A stretch of DNA of 64,000 bases from Lama glama. Lineage: Eukaryota. The notes under the pieces are model-generated. The model did no database searches and had not been told where the DNA came from. It saw only the letters and a list, made by a program, of their open reading frames with translations. The DNA lies in NCBI GenBank assembly GCA_028534125.1, contig CM052817.1, positions 36,582,001 through 36,646,000 on the forward strand. Reading direction: 5' to 3'. Positions within the stretch are counted from its first letter, which is position 1. Each line of letters starts with the position of its first letter. This document shows, piece by piece, positions 23,531 through 35,700 of this stretch. A program made the translations under genes and the position numbers.

Positions 23531-24235
23531 TTTTTTTTTCTTTTTTTTTTTAATCAAAGTATAGTTGATTTACAATGTGTTAGTTTCTATTGTACAGCAG
23601 AGCGATTCAGTCATATATGTACATGTTGCAGAAAAATGTGTTACAGCTCAGTTGTAACAGCAACCTGGATCCGGGCGAGAGACCAAGCAGCACTCGGAGA
23701 GTTGGAGAACTCAGGTTTATTATGCCAGCGGGCCCAGAGGAGTTAACACTCCAAGCTCTGGACCCTGTCTGTAGGTTCACACAGGCTTTTATAGGCTGCC
23801 AGTTTACACTTTGCAACATCATATACAAGTAAAGTATAACAAAAGTTGACTAATTAGGAACAAGTTTTGTAGAAATAAACCAATCAGGAGGGAGAGAAAT
23901 AACCAATCAAGAGTGAGCTCCATGCAAATGAAGTACTACAAATGGACCAATCAGGAGTTGGCTTAGGGAACCAATAGAATTTTAGGGGTAAGTTCCACTC
24001 TCCTAGAAGTAAGCCATTTCAGAGGCAAAAAGTAAGATAGAGCCGCTGGGCCAGGGAACCGGATGGTGCTGGCAGGAGAGTAGTGGCCCTGCCTGGGGGT
24101 CCTGCAGGTCTTTTTTATGGGGCTTCCCACCTCATACATACATGTTCTTTTTCATATTCTTTTTCATTATAGGCTATTATAAGATATTGAATATAGTTCC
24201 CCGTGCTATGCAGTAGGACCTTCTTGTTTAAATGT
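23531..24235 (-). mobile_element. Short L1 3' end, interrupted by an LTR
   Basis: polyT-aaagtatagttgatttacaatg...atattgaatatagttccccgtgctat; TSD ctctaggaagccactt / ctgtaggaggccactt. Confidence 0.85.
23624..24134 (-). mobile_element. Young ERV solo LTR
   Basis: TG...CA with perfect TSD taca (23620-23623 / 24135-24138); several retained CpGs; four CCAAT motifs 23880-23975. Confidence 0.9.
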
Positions 24236-25466
24236 CTGTAGGAGGCCACTTTTGACCCCCCACCTCCCACCTCTAGGTCATGTGCTCTCTGAGGGATGAA
24301 ACTGTCTTTTAATCTTTCAGTTCTCAAATGAATTTGAGGTTGTAGGCAAAGAGGTGGGGAAGGACATTCCTGGCTGGAAGAATGTCCTGCTTTGAAATGG
24401 GATAATAATATATTCTCTGAACTCCAGCTGTGTTAATATATTGAGTTCTTAGGTAGTATTCCTTAAGACTTGTCCTTACCTTTCACAGATCCCAAGTGAA
24501 ACCTTCTGTGGTGTGTATTTATGCCCTAATTTGTATATGTAGTTTACTGATCCTACCAGAATTTAACTTCTCCAGATGACCTCTCTAAACATGATGCTTA
24601 GTGACTTCCTCTTGTTTGTGTTTATAATATCTTTAAGAAGCTACTTTGCTCAATATAGGGCTGTGTGATTTGGTCTTTCATTCAGTGGAAATGACTGAGC
24701 AGAATATGACGAGCTCCAAAGGATACAAAAATAATGGACATTAAGTCCCTGCTTTTACAATACCCTCTAGGCAGATTTTGTCTTCAGATGCAAATATAGC
24801 TTTAGACAGTGGCAGATTTGCAATAAAGTCTAAAGGAGTTACCTTTAAATATCATTCTTTTACTTATAATTTGGGAGATGGCTGAAGGCCAAAAGGGCAG
24901 GAGAGAAATTTCCTGCACTAGAGCTGGAGCTAGAAAAAAATGTTAATACTAATTTGTTTGGTGAACTGTGATCTAAATACTGGTCATACATTGTTAGAGA
25001 GATCTTTGTGACTGCTATAAGAAAGCCTTGGAGTGTGGCTGGGAGGGTTATAGTTTATTTAAATTGATTATTTTTCTTTCATTGGCTCACCTTTGGTATT
25101 TGACATTCTGAATAAAGGAGTATGAAATTCACTATGAAAATGTTATGAAATATTGTGTTATGGTCAAAAATGTTTTGGTAAAATGTGAAGTCTGTTTGGG
25201 GATCAGATTCAGTTCTTTAGAGATTCACCTCATTTGTTTGAGGAAAGTGATCTAATTAAATTAAACAGTTGTTCGGAAGACAGTTCTAAAAAACTGAGCA
25301 TTGCCTTTTTCAGCCATTGTATACTGATCATTTTATAGATTTGTTATTCTCAACCTGAAATACATAACACTATCATGTTTTTGAAGTAAATATAATATAG
25401 TTTTGTGCTGTTTTAAAACTCAGAAATGAATTTGATAACAGCATGTACCAAGTGTATGTATCTTTT

Positions 25467-25519
25467 TTTTTTTTGATGCGGGATGGCTATGGGAGTGATT
25501 GGGGTGGCCTCGAAATGTT
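25467..25519 (-). mobile_element. 45-nt retroposed fragment with poly(A) tail, source unknown
   Basis: 18-bp TSD caagtgtatgtatctttt (25449-25466) / caagtatatgtatctttt (25520-25537); polyT then 45 unique nt. Confidence 0.85.
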
Positions 25520-26041
25520 CAAGTATATGTATCTTTTATGAGGTTATAAAATTGGTTATTTATAAAGTAACCCAGGAATGACTAATTATATTTTGAAAAA
25601 ATAAACAGTCTAGACATATGTTGTCCAATATGGTAACTATCAGCCACATGTGGCTATTTAAAATTAAGTGAATAAATTAAATAACAGAAAAGATTCACCA
25701 GCTACATTTGAAGTGCTGGGTCGTGGCCAGCACTGTTTTATTTTCCCTCTGCTTGTTACTAAAGAATGTGGAAAGAAGCATCAGTACTTTTCCATCTGAC
25801 CTCCAGTTATCTTGAACTGCAGTATATGAGAGAATCACTTCTTTGGGCCTTATTTACGGCCTTTTTACACATCACGAACCAGATTACCATCTATAAAATA
25901 AGTGATTTGTTGTGTAATTTGTAGGAAGGAAGGGAGTTGGTAATTTTTAACTTTGTCAAATTGCGTATTTCTTGGCTGGTGCTTCCTGATCATCACTGTT
26001 TTAAACATATCCTCAGGACTCAGTGCTTGGATTTCCTCTTA

Positions 26042-26532
26042 GTTGCAGAAGAGGGGAGGAAAAACTTTTCCTCTGCTCTCTTAGGTTCAGTTCTTGGTGG
26101 GGGAGGGCCTGCAAATTAAACCAAAAGATAAATTAACAAGAGAAAAGATCAGTTACATTTAATCATGTGGAAAGGGAGTTCACAGAAAAATGTGACTCAA
26201 AAGGGTGGTTAGAATATGAGGCTTAAATACTATCTTAATAGAAGGGGAGAGGGAAAAGGGCACTTAGGGAAACACAAATGACTTTTAGGAAAAATAACTG
26301 GGCCTTTAGGAGAATAGATGGGAAATATGACAGTTTTTTGACAGGTCTGTTTAGGTGCAGATTTCTCTTTGTCTTAAGTGATGAGTCAGTTTTCCCTGTT
26401 TGCTTCCAGGGATAGGATTTATGACAATTAATTTGGTGGTGGTGGGGCTCTGCTTTTAGGCAGATAAGGGATATCAGGAACACAGATGGATTCAGCTCAA
26501 AGTAACTTTTATGCTGCGGTTGTGTATTCAAC
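26042..26532. mobile_element. Older LTR element; related fragments at ~1775-1813 and ~27000-27070
   Basis: Shared motifs gaggaaaaacttttcctct and tgactc..gttagaat..ggctta..atac.atcttaatag; boundaries approximate. Confidence 0.6.
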
Positions 26533-29500
26533 AGTCACTCCCCTTTTCAGGGCCTTCACACCACCTGTGGGTGTCTCTAGAACCTCTCCTGTGAGCATCC
26601 CACTATCTGCTTTATCTCTGCTTGAGTGTCTAAAAGGCACATGTCCTAAACCGAGCTTCCTGATCTTGTCCTGAAATCAGAGTTTCTAGGAGAGATTATT
26701 CAGCTCTCAGTATTGCTGGTGGTTTGCATAAGAGGACAACTAAGAATTAATCATTAATATACTATGAATCACTTAATTAGCCCTACTTTAGAAGGGTGGA
26801 TTTTATGGTCAGTGAATTATATTTTAATCAGAAAAGTCATTGGCTACGTCACTTTGGCAGTTACCTAATATTCTCAAGAATAGTTTTGGTGTGAGGGCAA
26901 GGTGGGATAAACCTGACTGGAGTGGTTTTAAGAGGGAATAGTGGGGAGAGGGCAGTGGACAGGCGCTGTGGGCTTGTTTTTTGTTTTTTTTTTTAGGAAA
27001 AAATATGACTCCAAGGGGCTGTTAGAATTTCGGGCTTATATACCATCTTAATAGTAGGGGAGGGGGAGAAGGGAGAAGAATTACAGAATTTTATATTTAG
27101 TAGAGAAGGAAAAATTGATGCAGGGGAGAAAAAGTGAGGGGTGGTAGAAAATACCAGGTTGGTATCCTTGAGTAAGCAAGAGGGAATAAAAAGCAGAGCG
27201 TAAGGAGAAGGTTAACTTTGGTAGGAACAGAAGAAGTCCTAGGGGAGTTGGCCTCTGATGAGCAGAGGGAGTGGGCTAGAAAGATAGATGGATAAAAGAT
27301 GGAAAAGTTAGGTGGCTGAGAAGATTGTGTCTTTATTCACAATGCCAAGGTTGGCTTGGCAGAGATAGTAGGGAGGGTAAGGTCTTTACAGGAGAGAAGT
27401 CCAAGGGGCTGGAAACCAAGGGCTAAGGTCTTCAATTAGGATTTTGAAGTTCAGTGTAGCTGCCCAAATCCTAAACTTTACAATTGTGTATGACAGTGTA
27501 AATCCATTGATGCCTCTTGGAAAGCAGTTCACAGTTGGATGCTTAATCGAATGTGGGTCTGTAGCATTTTTTAAAAATCACAGCGCATTACGTTATTGCC
27601 TAATGAAGACCCCAAGAGGGAGATGTGGTTTGTCAACCATGAGACTCTTTGTTCATGGGTTTCAGTTTTTAACCAAAGCTCACCCTCTCCTCTGTACCCC
27701 TTGTATGTCTCACAGGCACCCAAAACTTACCCTGTCAGAACTGAGCCCTTGAACTTTTGATGTCCTATCTGTCATTACCCAAGCCTGTCCCTTTGTCCAA
27801 GCACGTCTCACCTGGCTTTCTGCAGTGGCCTCCTAACTTGCCTCTGCTTTCACACTTACCACACAGCAGCTGGAGTGGTTTTTCAAAAACAGAATTAAGA
27901 TCATGAGCCTTTCCTGCTTAAAAGGTCTCAGTGGCTTCTTGCTGACTGTACAGACCTTCCGTGATGGGGCTTCTTCCTCTGTGTGGCCGACCTGTCCTTC
28001 GTGCCATGTGCCCCAGATCTCTCTGCTGCGATGTGGTGGGGACCTAGAGTGCCAGACTCGGATTGTTCCCTTGGCCTGAAGACTTCAGCCATCTGACCCC
28101 AGCTGTAGAGTCCTGAGCAGCCTGTGGACCTGAATATAGTGTTAATACCGGATGCTTCAGAGTGATCTGTCAAAGCAGAGACGATGTGAAAACCTATTGA
28201 TCGACAGAGGAGTTTTTAAATGCCAGGGATAACTTATAGAAGTTAAAATTCAGATTTTGAGTCTCTTTTCTAACAATATTCAAAACTCTCCTGCTTCTGT
28301 TTCTGTTTGTTCACAAGTTGTGGCAGTCACCTGACGGTGCCCTGGGAACCTGAACTCCTCGTCAGGATCGTGCTCTCTTGGCATTGCAGTAAGTAGCTGG
28401 AGGACGTGTGCTGACACAGCATCTCCTCATGGCTACAAGGCAGAGTGCCGTTCTCTGTTTGCTATTATTATCCCTAGGGGGACAAAAACATAAGAGGAAG
28501 GCCTCAGCTCTTGACTTCAGGCTGCTCTGGCTTCTGCCAGCAGGTGCAGTACTTACAGCTGTGGGCAGGTGTCTGGCTGGGGACTTCAGAACTGACCTTT
28601 GTACTTTATCACCTACGTGCTGTTTCCATTATATTATGTGCTGTTTGTAGTAGACTATACGATTAAGAGTATGGTAAAGGGTAAAATAGAGAAGAGTGGT
28701 AATTTCAATGCAAATTATCATTTTTGTAATAGATATACCAGCATCTATGGAAGGCAGTTGTTCAGACTTTTCAGAAAAGTGAAAATGTGGCCTCACTAGT
28801 TAGGAGGCAACAGGAAGGAAAGGTGGCATGGGAGACCACCAGCAAAGGGATAGCTGGAAAGGGGGGAAAGAATCTTCAAAGCCCCTCAGTCATGTTTGGA
28901 TGGACTATTCCACATGGCGAGAAGATAATCAGGCCAGTTAACAGAGTAGGCTGGGTTCAGTTAAGTTGTGGAACCATCCGGATGCTTCTTTTATCTGGGG
29001 ACTCAGAGTCTTTGCCGTGGGTCCAGGACACAGAAGGTGACCCAGCAGGTGCTCTGGATGCAAGGAAGCAGCAACAAGGCGGGAAGCTGGTTTTTGTTAT
29101 AGGGAAATCTAGGTATAGTTTAGTTATTGTTCAATATAGAAAGAAGATAATACTAATCCAATAGGAGCAACACATCTGCTCAGAACGTTTTGACCGTAGG
29201 GGGAGATTAATGTTTACTTGGAGGCAGTTACTTTTAGTGACTCATCTAAACCCAGGATACTGTATTAACTGGAGATTGAATACTTTGAGGTTAATATAGT
29301 GCTGAGATATTGTATTTTTTTTTAATTTTGTAATCATTACTGTATGTTTTCTGTTTCATCATGGAGTAACATATTGTTCCATATTGGTGTTAGAAGTAAT
29401 TTTTTTTTGGTGTGAGGTGCTTCCATTGGATGCTGTACCTCAGTTATGCCTGTCTCATGTTTTGATTTGTGACATACGAATTACTGAAGCTCTGCGGACT

Positions 29501-32184
29501 TCCTGAGGAAGATTATCAGAATCTAGTGAGGAATCAAGCACTCCCTAGGCAATGTGAATTATAAACTTAACCCTATCACAGTGAAGGTGAACTCAGTATC
29601 CACACTCTTTTGAAATTGTGATTGCATTGATAAGTTTTAGCCCTCTGTCTTGGATGGTTGGATGGGCAGAGATGATCTTTCTTGGATGCTTTAGTTCCAG
29701 TGGGTGCCTTTTATCGGCAGCAAATCTCACAAAAATCTTGTACAAATGTCTATCTTGAGCTAATGACCTATGTAAATTCAAGTGGTATGTTATTTGATTC
29801 TCTTAATGAGTCTTGGGAGAGGGTTAGAAAGTGTCCTAAGTGCCTGAACGTCAAATGGTGATGGTGGCAGAAGTGGTCGCTGGTGTCAGAACTGGCATAG
29901 TTCGGCTTTTGAAGACATGGAGATGGTTTAAGATGTTTATGAAGTCAAGATGTAAGGTTATAGATTACTCGTTCCTTGAGCCTTCTCTTTCACTGCTGTA
30001 AGAGAGTAGAATTTTAGCTAATTGTTACTGTTCATTGTGCTCACAGATTAAAACCAAGCTATTTACTTTTAATTTCTTGGGTGCCAGTCCTAAGTGGCTG
30101 CCTACTTTTAAGTGGTTTCCTACTTTTGCAGTTTTCCAGAATTGAATAGTGTTGTAAGTGTGATAATAGTAGAGCCGTTTGGGGGAATAGAAACACTTAC
30201 TCACAGATTATTTTGGTTTCTGGCGGTTCTACTATGATACGCTCAGGTGTGGTTTTCTTGCGTGTATCCTGTCCTGCTTTGGTATACTTAGGGCTTCTTC
30301 AATCTGTGTTTGTCAGTTTTGGAAAATGCTCAGCCAGTATTTCTTCAGATACTGATTCTGCTCCATTTTTTCCTCTCTCCCAGATCTCCAGTTCCATGTA
30401 TGCTAGACCTTTTTCATCACATCTTATTTGTTTCTTAAGTCTTTTATGTAGTAGAAAAGCCTACTTTTTCATTTTTTCAGTCTGGAGTTGTTTTCTTTTT
30501 GTGTCTTTTCCATGTGATTATTTTCATACCCTTTTCAATCTGGATGCTTTTTACATACAGTCTGCCAGTTCACTCATTCTCTTACCTAATCTGTATCTGA
30601 ACTGCTGTTAAACCCATCTGTTAATTAAAAAAAATACATAGATTCTGGTTCTTTGGTGATAGTCTGTATTTTCATTTACTTTTTAAGACATATTACTCAG
30701 TTAATTTTAAAGTCAGTATCTGATGACTCTAGTCTGCATTATCTGTGGGTCTATTTCTGTTTTCTTGTTTTGGAACATTAGGTCTTGTTTTCTGGCACGC
30801 TTAGTAATTTTTTATTGAAAATTTGCATGATGATAACTTTCAGAGTGGATTTAAGTTTCTTCTAGCAAAGTATGAGTGGATCACTTTGGAGTAGAGCCTA
30901 GTCTGTTTCTGGTTTGCCCATATTCCCGGGGCATAGTCCTTCTGGGATCTCAAAAGCTTGAGGTTTCCAACTGGGCTCGCAGCTCCAAATTTTGTCTCCC
31001 TGGTCATGGTCAGCTGATTAGATATTTGCTCTGTTTTTTAGCCTCTAGCAGTTTCTTTCTGCCTGGTTTTTCTGCATTTTGCCCCATTTGTGCAATTTGC
31101 CTTGAGAAGAAAGGGCACAAATGCTGGGTTTACCTACATCGTCCCTCTTTTCCAGGATTTTGGCTGCTCAAGTCCTGGCTGCTTTGGTTGCTTTCATCAG
31201 AGAGCACTCTTCAAAGAGTTGCATCTTATATTTTATCTTCTTCTAGAGTTAATTGTTCTTAGGAGGATGATTGTTTTGGACCATAGCCAGAGAAAAGGTT
31301 CTTCAGGGATTACTTTGATTTTCAAAAAACTAAAACTAGGTTCATGGAAGGTTCATGTTTCAAACCTATTTCACAAGCTGTTAAGTTCACCTTAAAGTCT
31401 TACTCTAAATCCTTTAAAGGAAACTTTTGTAACTTGTTTAATGAAATAGTTTAAACTTTCTTTACGAATTAATACTCACCTTTTGTTTTTAAATTCTTTA
31501 ACTGCTTAACCACTGGTTTGATTTTCTTAATCATTTTAATACATAATTCTAAACCTTCCTAGAATTTAAATACGTTTGCCCACTAAGGAAATGATTTTTG
31601 TCATTCCGAACAGTTTTGGAGTTTAACTTCCTAGCTGCTAGAAGGAGCTTAACAACCAGGGATGTAAAGTCTGGAGCTTTAAATTCAAAGAAATTTCCCT
31701 TGTCCGTGACCGACCGCCTGCCCAACTCCCTTTTTGTAATAACTGTCATAGACTCAAACAAAAACGGGGTAATGATGATCATGCAGTCTTTCCCCGATCT
31801 TGAGTCGTATCGTGATAAACTTTTTAAGTCAGGCAGATCTAACACCTACTTGTCTTTTTGCTGCTTCACGAGTTTTGAGTAATTTTCATACTCTATTTAC
31901 TTATTATATGTTTAATTGACATCTAATTGGCGTTTATGTATTCTGAGTTGTGTCTGTCTCCCTTACGTAGGTTCCAAGGTTGTTCTTATTGTCATGAAGT
32001 GGCCTGTTCATTGAAAATGGAGCTGTTTTATTGCACTGCAGTTTAAAATAGACTTGTTTTTAAGTTTTTAATATATTTTATTGAATCCATTTGTATCCAA
32101 AATATTTTTGCTTAAACATGTAATCAATATGAAAATAACTAATGAGGGATTTTACATTAAAGTTTTTGATGTCTATTTAAAATT

Positions 32185-32465
32185 TTTTAAAAACTGAAAT
32201 ATAATTGACATGTTAAAACTATGTTAGTTCCAAGTGTACAACATAATAATTTAGTATTTGTATATATTGTGAAATGATCACCACAGTGAGTCTAGTTAAC
32301 TTCATAACTCACATCATACACAGAAGTCACAAGTTTTTTCTTCTTATGGTGAGGACTTTTAAGATCTGTTAGCAAATTTCAGATACACAATGCAATATTA
32401 TTAGCTGTAGTCGCCATGTGTACATTGAATCCCCAGGACTTATTTATTTTACAACAGGAAGTTTG
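32185..32465 (-). mobile_element. L1 3' end remnant just upstream of exon 2 (similar copy at 38535-38780)
   Basis: tgaaatataattgaca..tgttagtt..gtgtacaacataa..aaatgatcaccaca..agtctagttaac. Confidence 0.75.
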
Positions 32466-32576
32466 TTCCAGAACAGACTTGTTTTACGTGCCATTAACTA
32501 CTATTTACAATCTCATTTACCTGGACTGTCAACTTACTGTTGCTTTTCCCTCTACAGAAAGGCAGAAACGCTCCAG

Positions 32577-32779
32577 ATGTCTTCCGGTAGATACCAAGTT
32601 TCTATCCCAATGTCAAAAATAAACACCAATGGCCTCCCGGGGACCACCTCCAATGACCTGAAGACGTTTACTGGAGGAGCTGTGTTAAGTTTTCATAACA
32701 TCTGCTATCGCGTAAAAGTGAAGAGTGGCTTTCTATGTTGTCGGAAAACTGTTGAGAAAGAAATACTAACGAATATCAA
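32577..32779 (+). CDS. ABCG2: ABCG2 exon 2 coding part (exon starts 32558; 19 nt 5'UTR)
   Basis: tctacag|AAAGGCAG...[21 protein letters not shown]...[33 protein letters not shown]; donor AA|gtacgt. Confidence 0.98.
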
Positions 32780-35700
32780 GTACGTGCATGAACTTTTATT
32801 TAAATAGATTTATTGACATGCAGTGAACTTTGCAGGTTTTACTTATTGGAAATAAAAGTGTGCAAGTCTGTTCAGATGTACAGATACATGCTTTCATTTC
32901 TTTGGCTAAGCTAGCAGTGAGGTGGTTGGATCACATGTTAGATACATGTAAATATAAGATGGCTATAGCTTAGCATAAGTTTTGCAGTTGAAGTCCAAAG
33001 TGATAAGAGAATTTAGGCTGCAAATTAGTACATTTAATTATATTTTAGAACCTGAGTTAATGCAAAACTCTAATTTCTACTCTGAATTCTCTATATTGAG
33101 CAATGAGTTCATCACATGGTGGTAGAGTGGGCAGTAGAGTGGGGGGAGAAATGAACAGTCATATTGGATTTACTCGGTCCTAGGTATCTGTGTTTCACAT
33201 ATTATACAACCTTTAGGGTTTTAATGTTTTTCTGATTTCTAGAGAATTGAGCTTTATTCTTTCTGTCTGTGGAGTGGTGAGTGAATCTAGGTTTGCTTAG
33301 ACAGCATAGGCCTATGTGTTTTGTTAATTTTGTGTGTGTGTGATAGGGGAAGTAATTATCCCTAGACAAAAGCAGGCAACTTTTCTGGCTTTCCAGGACC
33401 GGAAGAGTGAGGTTTTATAAGAGCCCTCTGGCCAGATATATCCACAAACCTATATGGAATCGGATGTTTCTTGTGTTTTCTAGGTGGGTTATATGGGACT
33501 GTGGTCTTTTCTGTTACTAACAGCCAAGTGCTTCCAGAGGGCTGGGAAATGACAAATGGAGAAAGTTTTTGGAGGTGGGTGGGGAAGAAAGGATGGGGAT
33601 CCGAGACTGATTGGGATGCCATGAGGCCAGGTACTATGTCGGATTAGCTAGAACTCTTTCCACACAGTAGTGCAGACTGTCATGCCTACTTCCCTGAAGC
33701 TTTCTCATGGTAGTTAAGAAATCCTGAATATGAGGATAAGGAGAGGTATGGTAGATTAAAAGCTTTCATCTTTTGCTACGTGCCTAAACTAGAATCAACT
33801 GATCTTTCTGAAAAGCTGATGAGTTTTTTCTGAAGCATAATAATCAAGAAAAATGCAGATCACTTCAGATTTTGTGCTGATAAAAAATGGTTTGAATATG
33901 TGCAGACTGAATAAATGTAAAATATATACTGCTTGAGGGTACATTTATCTTACTTATGTTTTAAAGCTAGTAGATCAGTAACTTGATACACTAAAAATGT
34001 CATCTGCTCAAGATTTTTATTGTTCAGTGGTATGCATTTCAGCAACAAATGGGTTCATGCTTACATGCATTCCTAGGTTCATAAAAACTCAGTCAGATCT
34101 TGTAATCCTTTTCAAATTTTATAATTGAAAGGATACCAGGGGTTGTTTTCTTGCTCACTCACATTTCTGGTTTAGGCAGTAATGTTTCCTATCTCTCTCC
34201 TATCTGCTGGCTTCAACCAAGTAGAGTTTCTGGGATGGGGGAAAGGGTGCTCTCATTTATCTTATTATTTTTTTTCATTTATTTTATTTTCGATTCATGT
34301 TTGATAGCACCATCACCATTCAAAATTGTACCTCTATTCCAAGAAAGCTGATGAGTACCTTGATGTTTTTGTCTTTCCTTTGGGCATTTTGTAATGTCAT
34401 TTGTAGAATGAATGTAGAATCTCATTTTCGTCTGTGAGGGAGGAAGTGAAAACAAATCTGGCTGTGAGAAGTCAAAAAGGTGAGATTCTGCTCCCTTATA
34501 AAAAAATACTTCCTGTTAGTACCTCAGTTTGTCTCCAGACCCAACATTTGAGCTTTTTCTCACCAAAGCTGAAGATTTATAGAAAGAATGATCCATTCTA
34601 GTAGATGTGTGAGTGCCTTATAATCGTCAGAGAAATGCATTATACTGTTTGGGGATTTTTTTTAATTAATGATTTATTTTGAGATCATTTCAAAGGTAAA
34701 CCTTGCGGGAACACAACCCTTTCACTCAGATTCCCTGCCTGTCAGCATTTCAATGCATTTGCTTGTCACTTTGCGTTCTTTATGTACCCATTGTCATTAA
34801 TATTTTTCTGAACCATTTGAGAACAAGCTGTCCCTTTGATGCTCTGTTATCACTAACTCCTCCAGTGTATATTTTCAAGATATAGGGGTCGTTTCTTATA
34901 TAAGCACTCAGTTACTGTCTGGGAGCAGCCCAGGGGAAGTGTAGCTGCATAAAGAATGCAGTGGTGGGTCCTACAGGGCTGTTCTCAGTCATTCTCTTCC
35001 TATGGTTGACTGACCACCACATCATCAGTCTCATCCAAGCTGGTATTTTTCTGTCCCACCCCTTAATCTTGATCACCTGGTCATGTTGGTGTCTCCCAGG
35101 CTTCTTTACCATGTCAGCATTTTCCCCTTTGTAACTGTTAAATTTTGTGAGGAGTGATACGTTGACATTATTCCAAAATCCTATTTCTCATTAAACTTTT
35201 AACCCACCAGCTCTAGCTCCCATTGATGACTCCCACCTGGATCAGCAGTAACACTCTGATCTGATAGTCAGTTATTTGATATTTACCAAAAGGTGATTTT
35301 CTTTTTTTATCCATCTCTTCTATATTATTAGTTTGCATTCTAATAAAAGGAAAAAGCTTCATCATGTCTTCATTCCTTTATTTATGTCAGTATTTATGGG
35401 TTTGTGTTTTATTCAGCCATGTTCAATAGTTGTGCATTATGGTCATTGTTCATTGTGATACTCCTAATTGTTCCTGGTGGGGTCAGCGCGAGGCTTTCAA
35501 GGTAGATTCTGTGTTTTGTTTTGTTCTTTGACTTGTTCTTTTGGCATATTCTCTCGTTATTTTCCTGTAAGTAACTGTCCTTTATAGAAATGTTGAGACG
35601 CATTTATTCAACAAATTTTGAATGTCTACTAGGTTGTTTGACATTGTGTGAGGTGCTAGTGACAAGGAAATGTCCTCTGCCCTCAGACACTTTCTATTTT

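Noticed and set aside
25475..25519. NUMT interpretation of the micro-insert (partial similarity to COX3 TFQGH codons)
   Set aside because: Similarity covers only about 16 nt and then breaks down; unsupported without a search.
32418..32576. In-frame N-terminal extension of the exon 2 ORF
   Set aside because: Begins in an L1 remnant and crosses the canonical acceptor at 32557, so it is intronic.
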